This document shows positions 1 through 8,800 of a stretch of DNA of 61,774 nucleotides, in pieces (the stretch's first letter is position 1; each line of letters begins with the position of its first letter). The DNA is from a virus. The stretch lies in the IMG/VR virus record IMGVR_UViG_3300045988_110955. One strand, given 5' to 3'. Under the pieces are notes generated by a model that was not told the DNA's origin, made no database searches, and worked only from the letters and a program-made list of their open reading frames with translations. The position numbers and the translations under genes were made by a program.

Positions 1-55
1 CCCCGTCCGATCCGTTCAACACGGTCACCAAGGCCGCCGAGATCGCCGTTGAATA
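1..55. repeat. Terminal overlap: bases 1-55 are identical to 61720-61774 (circular closure of the contig)
   Basis: Direct comparison of both window ends. The overlap lies inside the terL frame. Unit length is 61719 bp, divisible by 3. Confidence 0.95.
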
Positions 56-998
56 TCTGGAGGGGATAGGGCATGATGATATGGTCTATCTTTATGGGGA
101 TGTATCGACCAAGGCCGGAAATACGATAGATGACGATAAGAGGTCTTTTTTCGATAAGTTCAAGGAGGGTATAGACAAGAGATTCCGCAGCGAGGACAGG
201 TTGCCTAGATCGAACCCATCCGTATCCATGACCGGGGAGTTTATCAACGCGATATATTCCGGAGATATAAAAGACGTGTCCATCATGATAGACGAGAGCT
301 GCGAGACATCGGTAAACGATTATATAACGGTTAAGAAGGATGTCAACGGGGCTATGCTCAAGCAGAGGGTAAAGGACAAGATTACGGGTCAATCCTACGA
401 GAAGGCCGGTCACCTTAGCGATGCCAAGCGTTATTTTGTCACGGAGATATTAAAGGATAGGTATACGTCTTTCTCGCTAAGGAGAAGGCACAATAAAAAT
501 AAGGAGGAGGATATGAGATATTACGATCACGTAAAATTGGATATATCGAACGCCACGAGGATAGTCTATGTGGCAGTTAATCCTGATGGGCTTGCGGGTA
601 TGGCAAAGGTGGCATTGATGGACGGGAAGGCGTACGTTCTGGATGCCTCGTTGAGGGATATCACGGAGGCTGGAGTTCTAAGGGATTTCTTGCGCCCTAT
701 AGGATGGGGGGATGTCGTGTTTGAGAGCGACAAGGCTTATTTCCCTGTAGCTAGGGAGATAAGGGAGAGCGGGGAGTGCGATATAAGGATAAGGAAGAGG
801 GCTTCCGATGCAAGATTGAGGATATCCGCCCATTCGGAGACCGTGAGAGATCGATTTTATTTTCTCGACAATTACGAGGAGAAGGATGATTATCTGTCGT
901 TTGTCGAGAATATGCTAGATTATGGGGGCAAGGATGGAGGGGAGTCGCTGTGTTGCCTATCCGCTATAGCGGAGATTTTGGTACGAAACAATATTTAA
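1..998 (+). CDS. terL: Terminase large subunit, C-terminal (nuclease) part
   Basis: Same frame as 60678..61774 once the 55-bp overlap is removed. Stop at 996-998. The combined ORF is about 679 codons. Confidence 0.9.
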   Translation, partial: PSDPFNTVTKAAEIAVEYLEGIGHDDMVYLYGDVSTKAGNTIDDDKRSFFDKFKEGIDKRFRSEDRLPRSNPSVSMTGEFINAIYSGDIKDVSIMIDESCETSVNDYITVKKDVNGAMLKQRVKDKITGQSYEKAGHLSDAKRYFVTEILKDRYTSFSLRRRHNKNKEEDMRYYDHVKLDISNATRIVYVAVNPDGLAGMAKVALMDGKAYVLDASLRDITEAGVLRDFLRPIGWGDVVFESDKAYFPVAREIRESGECDIRIRKRASDARLRISAHSETVRDRFYFLDNYEEKDDYLSFVENMLDYGGKDGGESLCCLSAIAEILVRNNI

Positions 999-1010
999 AA
1001 CGAATATATT

Positions 1011-2462
1011 ATGGGTTTGTTTGATTTTTTCAGGAAAGAGGATAAGGTGGCGAATGTGCCCGATCGTCCTCCAAGGTCGAGAGGACTCGTGGATTTGTCC
1101 GGTTATCTGGGGGTGTTCAGCCCCTATACCTGTTCCGGGAATTTTATCGAGGCCTTCGAGACCATGGGAGAGGTCTTTTTCCCCGTGGATTTCTTGGCTA
1201 GCAGGATAGCGGGCGGCAATTATCAATTAAAATTGGCGAAGGATGATTCCGTGGTGTTCAATAACGAGGAGATGAACCGTTTTTTTAGCGATCCTAACCC
1301 TTTGTTCTCGTTCGAGGATTTGGTTAAGATGTTCTTTGTCTATAAGTATGTGACAGGTAATGGATTCTGGCAGGCCTCCCCGTCTGTAGGGAGGATAAAG
1401 CCTAAGGAGCTATGGAAATGGTGCGATACCTATTGGGTCTTGCCAAGTGATCAGGTCGTGATAAACAGCCCGATGTCCATTCCCTTGTTCCAGCCGTCAA
1501 CAAAGGAGGATATAATCAACAGCTATCGTATTTCCACCAACTCGGGGCTTATGGATATAGACCCGTCTCTGGTCATCCACTATAAGGATATAAATATGCG
1601 ATTGAATAGCTCATACCTAAAGGGACGTAGCAGGTTGGAGACCCAACGTTATCCTATCGCCAACTTGGTCGCCGTGTACGAGGCAAGGAATGTCATATAC
1701 GTAAAAAGGGGGGCCTTGGGATTGCTGATAAGCAAGAAATATGACGCTGATGGTTCCCTTCCTCTCACCGACAAGGAGAAGAGAAACATAAGGAAGGAGT
1801 GGAACGACAATTATGGCTTGACTAATGACAGGTCCCAAATGAGCATAGTGGATGTCCCTACGGAGTTCGTGAGGATAAACATGTCCATCCAAGAACTTAT
1901 GCCTTTCGAGGAGACTTTGGCGGACGCTATACAGATAGCCGGTATATATGGTATACCTTCAGTGCTGATTCCACGCAAGGACATGGCCAAGTACGACAAT
2001 CAGGATATCGCCGAGATATCCGTTTATTCCAATATCGTTATTCCTGAGGCCCGGAAATTCTGCCGATCGATGACCTCCTTTCTTGGCCTTGATAAGTCCG
2101 GCATGTATATAGACGTGGATTTTAGTGGCGTAAGCGTATTGCAAGTACGTGATAAGGATATGGTAGAGAAGAGGCGTATCGTATCGGAGAAATGCCAGAA
2201 GGAATTCATGGGAGGCGTATTGACGTTGAATGACTGGAGAGCGCAGATAGGGGAGAGCAAGGTAGGGAACCCCTTGTATGACAAGTTGGTTTACGATATG
2301 TCTACCGAGGAATTGGCCTTGGTCAAGGAGATCATATCCTTAGCTAGGTCTGGCGGTCCATCAAGGAGCGTCTCATCCTCTTCTGAAGGGACTTCTGATA
2401 ACAAAAAACCGTCCGACGAGGGCGATGACGATAGGGGTGATGTTGATGATGATAAAAAATGA
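1011..2462 (+). CDS. Portal protein
   Basis: 483 aa, directly after terL, with an acidic C-terminal tail. The call rests on position and size. Confidence 0.75.
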   Translation: MGLFDFFRKEDKVANVPDRPPRSRGLVDLSGYLGVFSPYTCSGNFIEAFETMGEVFFPVDFLASRIAGGNYQLKLAKDDSVVFNNEEMNRFFSDPNPLFSFEDLVKMFFVYKYVTGNGFWQASPSVGRIKPKELWKWCDTYWVLPSDQVVINSPMSIPLFQPSTKEDIINSYRISTNSGLMDIDPSLVIHYKDINMRLNSSYLKGRSRLETQRYPIANLVAVYEARNVIYVKRGALGLLISKKYDADGSLPLTDKEKRNIRKEWNDNYGLTNDRSQMSIVDVPTEFVRINMSIQELMPFEETLADAIQIAGIYGIPSVLIPRKDMAKYDNQDIAEISVYSNIVIPEARKFCRSMTSFLGLDKSGMYIDVDFSGVSVLQVRDKDMVEKRRIVSEKCQKEFMGGVLTLNDWRAQIGESKVGNPLYDKLVYDMSTEELALVKEIISLARSGGPSRSVSSSSEGTSDNKKPSDEGDDDRGDVDDDKK

Positions 2463-2471
2463 TTCTATAGT

Positions 2472-2585
2472 TTTGCTTTTTAATATATTAACCCTATATT
2501 TGTAGGACATAACAAAAAAAGAAATTAGAGCCTAAGAGCCATACCCGGCGGGAGTCATATCCTGCGGGGTATGGCTCTTTTTATT
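2472..2585 (+). promoter_or_regulatory. Late cassette copy A: TTTG-N19-TATATTTG promoter boxes followed by AGAGCC-TA-AGAGCC, a long hairpin and a U-tract
   Basis: -33 TTTG at 2472-2475 and -7 TATATTTG at 2495-2502. Hairpin at 2535-2578, then TTTTTATTT. Nearly identical to 21098-21206. Confidence 0.6.
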
Positions 2586-2594
2586 TATACCGAC

Positions 2595-3551
2595 ATGGAA
2601 CCGTATAGAAGCATATTATTTAAGACCAAGTCCACGGACGTGGATGAGAAAGGAATAGTCAAGGTGGCCGTTAATGGTATCGGGATAAAGGACAGCGACG
2701 GCGATATATCGTCTCCCGGTTCTTTCTCCAAGACGCTCCAAGAGAATTTCAACAGGTGCAAGTGGTTTCTCAACCATGACAAGACCAAGCTTCTTGGCTG
2801 CCCTATAGAGGGAGTGGAGGAGGATGGCAATCTGGTCATGACCGGGCAGATCAATTTAAAGAAGCAGATAGGCGTAGAGACGCTGGAGGATTACAAGCTA
2901 TACAGGGATCATGGCAAGACCTTGGAGCATTCCGTGGGCGTCAGGGCCGTGAAGCGGGATCCCAATAACCCGGCTATCGTTAAGGAGTGGTTCTTGGGCG
3001 AGTATAGCACGCTGACCCATTGGGGTGCTAATCCTCAGACATTCTTGATGGATATAAAGGAATTGAGGGGTAGTGACTTGAGAGATCATATAAATATGAT
3101 GCGTGACGCTTTAAATAAGAGATATAGCGGAGATAAGCTCAAGGCTCTTGAGGCTAACATATCTATCGTAGAGAAAGCGTTGATCGGATCTAATATAGTA
3201 CAGTGCCCTCATTGCGGGCTGGCTTTCGATTATGGGTCAGTACCGGAACACACGTTGGAGAGCCAAGTGATCGATGCCGTCGGTGACTATTCACGATGGA
3301 TAACGGAGGATGTGGTATATCAGGAGATGGAAAAGATCAAGCCGGAGTTACAAGACCGTATCTTGGAGATAATCAACTCCAAGAAATCCGTTGATGATTT
3401 CGCCTCTTATGTCCGCTGCCCTAAATGTTATTCCAGAATATATAGAAGCAACACCCTTATATCTGAGCCGGAAGACTCCACTCAGATAGAGAAACATAAA
3501 GCCGCTAGATGCACTTTAGGGTCTCTAGGTGATCTTATTAATAACAATTAA
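2595..3551 (+). CDS. HK97-family prohead protease (S78-like) with a C-terminal double CxxC zinc-ribbon extension
   Basis: DSDGDISSPGSF...WFLNHD...LLG motif pattern. CPHCG and CPKCY lie in the C-terminal third. The track start 2571 lies inside the cassette hairpin, so ATG 2595 is preferred. Confidence 0.8.
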   Translation: MEPYRSILFKTKSTDVDEKGIVKVAVNGIGIKDSDGDISSPGSFSKTLQENFNRCKWFLNHDKTKLLGCPIEGVEEDGNLVMTGQINLKKQIGVETLEDYKLYRDHGKTLEHSVGVRAVKRDPNNPAIVKEWFLGEYSTLTHWGANPQTFLMDIKELRGSDLRDHINMMRDALNKRYSGDKLKALEANISIVEKALIGSNIVQCPHCGLAFDYGSVPEHTLESQVIDAVGDYSRWITEDVVYQEMEKIKPELQDRILEIINSKKSVDDFASYVRCPKCYSRIYRSNTLISEPEDSTQIEKHKAARCTLGSLGDLINNN

Positions 3552-3562
3552 TCAATTTATTT

Positions 3563-5233
3563 ATGTTGAAGAAAGGTTTTTATGAGAATTTAGGAGGTCT
3601 CGCTATCATGGCGTTGACCTTGGTGGTTTTTGCCGTTATCGCATGCGTAGGCGATCCGGCCTATGCCTTGGCGGTTGCGCCGGTATTGTCCTTCTCCGGT
3701 TTCGCCAAGAAGGAGAGTGAGTTGAGTGACGAGGAGAAACAAACGCTTGGGACTATCGAGAAGATGGTCAACAAGTGTCTGGAGGATTACGGATCTAATG
3801 TCATAGACAGGAAGGAGTACGAGGAGACGATGTCCGAGATTAGCGAGAAGCTTAAATCTCTAGGTTCCGGTAATAACAATAAGGAAGTCGCGGAGATTCG
3901 TGATATCATCAAGTCCATGGGCAAGGAGATTGAGCAAATGAAGGGGCGTGGCATCACCTTGGGGGGGGATAGCCCTCTTGAGAAAAGTATCAATGAGTTC
4001 CTTGACTCTGAGAAATTCAAGCAATATGTAGATGGTAAGACGAAGTCCTCCGGGAATTTCCATTTGGATTTGAAGGACGTGGTCAGTATGACGGATAGTT
4101 ATACGGGCAATATCTTGATCAGTCAGCAGCAAAACAGGGTCGTTACGCAGGTAAGCGAGAAAAAGATCAATTTCCGTAATCTCATGAGCGTCGATCAGGG
4201 TGATCCTGCCTTCCCGATGTTGACATGGCAGTTGATCTACGACTTGGATCGTAACGCCACTTTCGTGTCCGAGAACGGGCGGTTATCCCAATCATCCTTC
4301 AAGTTAAAGGAGGAGAGCTCGGAGGTTAAGCGTGTCGGTACCTTCCTCTATTTGTCCAAGAGATTGCTCAAATCTAGGGTATATGTTCGCTCATGGTTGA
4401 TCAATCGCTTATCCTCATGGGTAAGGATGGCCGAGGATTTCCAGATCATGTTCGGTGATGGAACGGGTGATAACCTGAAAGGTATCACCAAATACGATGG
4501 TGTTAAATGCGTTTCCGATATCATAACCGACGCGGTTGTCAGCGGAGAGGCCGGATCTATCAAGGGAGCGAGAAGCTACAATGGCGGAAAAGCCACTATC
4601 GTGGAGTTTACCAACCCGCAGGACAAGATCGTCGACGGCCAGAAGATCAAGATAGAGGGTGTAACCACGTTCACGGCTTTGAACGACACTTTCGACGTCC
4701 ATAAGATGAATGATCGGGAGATCATGGTCGAGGTTGCTTATACAGGCTCAGGGGTGTTTACCTCCGCTACTTTCGAGGTGAAGAATAATTTCTTCAACAC
4801 CGTCGCCTCCCCGAACCTAGGGGACGCTGTCAAGGCTATCTTTGGCGTCATGACGTACGCTGAGTATACCCCGAATATGATCGCCATGAACCCATCCACC
4901 TTGTTTGAGATCGAGACCTTGAAGGATACGTCCGGTCGGGACTTGAATCTCGTGACGTTGGTGAACGGCGTGAAATACGTGGCCGGAAGACCCGTTGTCG
5001 AGACCACTTGTATCATGCCGGGGTATTATTTCGTAGGGGACATGGTTAACGGGGCCTCCTTGGTGGATTATACCTCTATCAATATCGAGTTCGCCGATGA
5101 TATCGAGAGCCGATTGAAAAACCAGACGGCGGTGATCGTGGACGAGGAGGTTATCATGCCGGTATACAACCCGTGGGCGTTCGCCTATGGCAAGTTATCC
5201 GACGTATTGACCGCTATCAAGAAATCCTCTTAA
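3563..5233 (+). CDS. Major capsid protein, HK97 fold, with an N-terminal coiled-coil delta domain
   Basis: Coiled-coil N-terminus. FVSENGRL...MFGDGTGDNLKGI matches the HK97 MCP signature. Follows the protease. Confidence 0.9.
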   Translation: MLKKGFYENLGGLAIMALTLVVFAVIACVGDPAYALAVAPVLSFSGFAKKESELSDEEKQTLGTIEKMVNKCLEDYGSNVIDRKEYEETMSEISEKLKSLGSGNNNKEVAEIRDIIKSMGKEIEQMKGRGITLGGDSPLEKSINEFLDSEKFKQYVDGKTKSSGNFHLDLKDVVSMTDSYTGNILISQQQNRVVTQVSEKKINFRNLMSVDQGDPAFPMLTWQLIYDLDRNATFVSENGRLSQSSFKLKEESSEVKRVGTFLYLSKRLLKSRVYVRSWLINRLSSWVRMAEDFQIMFGDGTGDNLKGITKYDGVKCVSDIITDAVVSGEAGSIKGARSYNGGKATIVEFTNPQDKIVDGQKIKIEGVTTFTALNDTFDVHKMNDREIMVEVAYTGSGVFTSATFEVKNNFFNTVASPNLGDAVKAIFGVMTYAEYTPNMIAMNPSTLFEIETLKDTSGRDLNLVTLVNGVKYVAGRPVVETTCIMPGYYFVGDMVNGASLVDYTSINIEFADDIESRLKNQTAVIVDEEVIMPVYNPWAFAYGKLSDVLTAIKKSS

Positions 5234-5244
5234 TACATAATGAC

Positions 5245-5442
5245 ATGAGGGTTTCTATAATTATAACGGGTGAGGAGCTGGAGGTCGACAAGGTCATTCA
5301 GGAGAATTCCATACGAAAGGAGCTTGGCATGATCGATATATCCTCAAAGACGCCGGTTGGGACAAGAAAGAGAATCCCGGACACGGATACTAAGACATCC
5401 GTCTTTGGGGACTCGAAAATGTCACTTGATAAAGATAAATAG
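5245..5442 (+). CDS. Small hypothetical protein
   Basis: ATG at 5245, just after the capsid stop. 65 aa. Confidence 0.35.
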   Translation: MRVSIIITGEELEVDKVIQENSIRKELGMIDISSKTPVGTRKRIPDTDTKTSVFGDSKMSLDKDK

Positions 5443-5444
5443 CG

Positions 5445-5945
5445 ATGATAATAGACAATGCGTACTTCAAGGGAGACCTTAGGATACAGGGACTCGTGAT
5501 ACCGGAGGACGGGGGATTCTCCAATGAGGCTTCCAATGCCATATCGGAGAACGTGGTATGGTATATCGAGACCTACGGGGACGAGTACCTCGTCTCGCTC
5601 ATGGGAGGATATTATGACTCATTCGTCGATTACGCCGATAATGGCAGGAAGGGAAACGACATGTTTGATTATATCCTAGGGATATTGAGATCGGATAGGT
5701 CTCCCATGGCTATGTATGTCTATTTTCATTACCAGAGAAACGAGACGCTAATATCCGTATCCTCCACGTCCGATGACGTGGACGTGAGGCGGATATTAGC
5801 GCATACCTCAAGGATGATGACCCAAGCTTGGAATAATATGGTGGATATCAACATCGGGATATCGGATCGCATAAGGGAGTCTTTCAAGGAGGACATGGAT
5901 ATTGACAGGAATATATTGACCCATATAAATGAGATGAATATATGA
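5445..5945 (+). CDS. Hypothetical virion protein (head-tail joining region)
   Basis: 166 aa. ATGA-type coupling with the next ORF. Call is by position. Confidence 0.6.
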   Translation: MIIDNAYFKGDLRIQGLVIPEDGGFSNEASNAISENVVWYIETYGDEYLVSLMGGYYDSFVDYADNGRKGNDMFDYILGILRSDRSPMAMYVYFHYQRNETLISVSSTSDDVDVRRILAHTSRMMTQAWNNMVDINIGISDRIRESFKEDMDIDRNILTHINEMNI

Positions 5946-6454
5946 ATGTCTTGGTGGATATATTCAGGGATATCGTCGCTGGCGTTTCAAAAGACGTTGG
6001 GTATATGGTCAATTACCAATTCGGTGATTGGCAATATATGGCCAAGACGCTTTCCGCCATGGGGAAGGCACCCGTAACGGCGGGAAGGAAATATCCTATG
6101 ATAGGGTTATATTCCCCGTTCGACGAGGACAAGTCCAACCCTTCATTAACGTCCGTGAGCCTTTCCTTGATAATAGCCGTGAATACGTTGGGGAATTATA
6201 CCAATGAGGAGCGATTGGAGAAGTCCTTCAAGGCTACGTTGTATCCGGTATATGACAGCCTTATAAGGAGGATATCCAACGATCGCAAGTTTGATATAGG
6301 CCCCGGGGCGATAGTATCCCATGTGAAGACCGATAATTTCAGGTATGGAAGGGCTGGCGTGTATGGCGAGGGGAAAAGCGAGTTCGACGATCGCATAGAC
6401 GCTATTGATATTAAGGATTTAAGATTAAATGTAAAAAATATAACATGTAGATAA
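5942..6454 (+). CDS. Hypothetical virion protein (head-tail joining region)
   Basis: 170 aa, tightly packed in the structural operon. Confidence 0.6.
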   Translation: MNVLVDIFRDIVAGVSKDVGYMVNYQFGDWQYMAKTLSAMGKAPVTAGRKYPMIGLYSPFDEDKSNPSLTSVSLSLIIAVNTLGNYTNEERLEKSFKATLYPVYDSLIRRISNDRKFDIGPGAIVSHVKTDNFRYGRAGVYGEGKSEFDDRIDAIDIKDLRLNVKNITCR

Positions 6455-6456
6455 TT

Positions 6457-7305
6457 ATGGCAGTAAAAATGTTCAGGGACTGCGGTTCCGAGATTTTCAA
6501 TACCGGCACGAGCAAGTGTCCGTTTGTTCCCGACTATATCAAGGCGATCATACTCACTCCGGTAGGTATGACGTTCAAGATATCCGATTTTGACACGAAG
6601 CTGGGAGAGTACGCCCACGCCGATCGTCCGAACCGTGTCTATCCGATCTCGACGATCGCTGAGTACGCCACTTCCGGAGGCGAGGCCCAGACATCCGCTA
6701 CCGGTTATGGCTCGTCCAAGATCACGGGTTATAGCGAGCTTGTCGAGACTTATACGATGAACGATTATGACGAGGGCTTACGAACCAATCTCATGAAGCT
6801 CAAGAACGAGAGCATGAGGGTGATCTTCATCGACAAGAATAATGTCGTATATGGAGAGAAGACCGATACGGAAGGTGATTTCAGGGGATATGAGCTCGGT
6901 GCCGTTTATCCGGGCGGACAGAGGTTCAAGAGCTCCGGAGAGAACGCATCGCTTACGATCAACCTCGTTTATAAGGATGTTGAGAAAGCATGGATGAACG
7001 CTATATCTTTCACTAGCGATATCGATATCTTGGACGAGGCGAAGGGATTGGTCTGGGTGGATGTCAAGAAATTACCCGAAGGAGAGAATAAGTTTAAGGT
7101 GGTGGAGCATTACGGAGGTTTTGACCTTACCGAGATGTACGGGACGTTGTTAGGTAACTCCTCTGTATGGAATAACGCTTCTGCGGCTACTTATAACGCT
7201 GATGACGGCACTCTTACTTTGACCCCTTCATCCGGCACTCCCGCGCTCAAGAGGCCATCCGAGTTATACGCCGAGGACGTTAAAGGAATAGAGCAATGGT
7301 CATAA
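6457..7305 (+). CDS. Putative major tail (tube) protein
   Basis: 282 aa. The call is by position only, between the connector genes and the tape measure. Confidence 0.4.
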   Translation: MAVKMFRDCGSEIFNTGTSKCPFVPDYIKAIILTPVGMTFKISDFDTKLGEYAHADRPNRVYPISTIAEYATSGGEAQTSATGYGSSKITGYSELVETYTMNDYDEGLRTNLMKLKNESMRVIFIDKNNVVYGEKTDTEGDFRGYELGAVYPGGQRFKSSGENASLTINLVYKDVEKAWMNAISFTSDIDILDEAKGLVWVDVKKLPEGENKFKVVEHYGGFDLTEMYGTLLGNSSVWNNASAATYNADDGTLTLTPSSGTPALKRPSELYAEDVKGIEQWS

Positions 7306-7556
7306 ACGGGGTATCGTTCAATGATGAGGCTTGTCTCGGTATGGGAAGGAAGGCTTTCGTGAAGGCTCACGAGGGATCTTTCTTCCTTGACCGGGGAATG
7401 GCGGATCGAAGGAGGATACTATGTGACGCTTATGATATAATGGAGAGGAACCATGGGGACGATAGCGGGAGTGGCGAACGCCGTGAGGACGCTGGAGAAG
7501 AACTTCTGGCCGGAGGTTACGAACAGCTTGAGGGAGAGCGAGGGATTGATCCATGA
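7296..7556 (+). CDS. Hypothetical protein whose 3' third overlaps the next ORF
   Basis: 86 aa. The last ~35 codons overlap 7453..8001 and look low-complexity. Confidence 0.4.
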   Translation: MVINGVSFNDEACLGMGRKAFVKAHEGSFFLDRGMADRRRILCDAYDIMERNHGDDSGSGERREDAGEELLAGGYEQLEGERGIDP

Positions 7557-8001
7557 CTTGATCACTGATCAACTCATGTCCGGGTTAGACGAGAACAAGG
7601 AGCCTTTGAAGCCTACCTATCTGGATGACCCGTATTTCGTGGAGACCACGAAGACCCCAAAGGCGGCGAGGGCCAAGGCCAGATGGTACAAGGCGATGAA
7701 GGAAAGCATAACCCCGCCTAGGTCCTCTGACATACTCCATCTTCCGCCACGAGACCCTAACACCCCCAACCTTATCATACGAGGCGATTACCACGCCAGT
7801 ATAACGCCGATCGTGCAAGGCGGCAAGGATGGTGGCAAGATAGTCACGAGATCCATCGGTTTCTATGCCGGTGACGACGCTTTAGAGAAGAAATACGGCC
7901 CCGGTCATCTGGGTTTGACCCCGGAGGCTAGGGCTTATTTGATTGAGGAGCGGGTTGTTCCCGCGTTGGATAAGTTATTCAAGAAATACGGGTTCAAATG
8001 A
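7453..8001 (+). CDS. Hypothetical structural protein
   Basis: 182 aa. A stop at 7438-7440 in its frame fixes the start near 7453. Confidence 0.6.
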   Translation: MGTIAGVANAVRTLEKNFWPEVTNSLRESEGLIHDLITDQLMSGLDENKEPLKPTYLDDPYFVETTKTPKAARAKARWYKAMKESITPPRSSDILHLPPRDPNTPNLIIRGDYHASITPIVQGGKDGGKIVTRSIGFYAGDDALEKKYGPGHLGLTPEARAYLIEERVVPALDKLFKKYGFK

Positions 8002-8198
8002 TAAAGCCGTGCAATTGCGCCTCGCAGAACAAGGCGATGGCCACATACGAGAACATAAGGAGGCTGGCTATCAAGATGGCCGTTTCCGATAAACGCATTT
8101 ACGTGCTTATCCGTAAAACGGATGGCACGTTTGCCTTCGAGCCTTTAGATGCCATGGTATCTAAAGGCGATATTGTTGAATATATCCATTATTTATAA
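7998..8198 (+). CDS. Small hypothetical protein
   Basis: 66 aa, with a 4-nt overlap with the upstream ORF. Confidence 0.5.
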   Translation: MIKPCNCASQNKAMATYENIRRLAIKMAVSDKRIYVLIRKTDGTFAFEPLDAMVSKGDIVEYIHYL

Positions 8199-8203
8199 AT
8201 AGT

Positions 8204-8800
8204 ATGGCGAATATATACACGACATGCGACGAGATACCCTTATGCAAGTTCATCGAGATGTACAAGGGAAATCTTAACGCCCTTATAAAAGGAGGGAGGA
8301 CCAAGCCCACCGAAGGGGAGTTAAGGAAAGCGGCGATGGGGCTTATTGACGAGTATTCCGTTATAACCGGTAACAAGAATATCGCTATCGAGATAGAGGA
8401 TCGGTCAAGGGCGGTGGATTGCAATATCAAGCTTATCCTGTTGGAGTCAGCAGATCATTTGATAGACGCTATGATGTACGCTGACGCTTCGGATATTCTT
8501 GGCAGGGTAGGTATCCGCATGCCGGAGGAGCCGGGAGAGCAAGATCTGATCGTCGCTAAAAAGAGAATCCAGTCCAAGATGTCACAAGTGAAATATAGCC
8601 TGAGCGTTCTGGATAGGAACAAGTCTAAGGTGGTAGACCCCAAGGATAAAGATTTCACCCGTGAGAGAATGATCGTGTCCACCTATTTCAAGATGCGTAT
8701 CGATCCTGACACGTTCACCGCTGCCGAGTACGGGAATATGATAAGGATTATGTTTAACCAATTAGAGGACATGAGGAATTATGGCGGGAAACGAGACTAA
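8204..8800 (+). CDS. Putative tail assembly chaperone (positional call)
   Basis: 198 aa, immediately upstream of and overlapping the tape measure start. Confidence 0.4.
   Translation: MANIYTTCDEIPLCKFIEMYKGNLNALIKGGRTKPTEGELRKAAMGLIDEYSVITGNKNIAIEIEDRSRAVDCNIKLILLESADHLIDAMMYADASDILGRVGIRMPEEPGEQDLIVAKKRIQSKMSQVKYSLSVLDRNKSKVVDPKDKDFTRERMIVSTYFKMRIDPDTFTAAEYGNMIRIMFNQLEDMRNYGGKRD

Noticed and set aside
1-55. Terminal repeat as a biological DTR or cos site
   Set aside because: It lies inside the terL coding frame and simply closes the circle.
8204-8800. Canonical -1 frameshifted tail chaperone (G/GT) upstream of the tape measure
   Set aside because: I could not find an overlapping -1 frame extension or a slippery heptamer. 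The chaperone call remains positional only.
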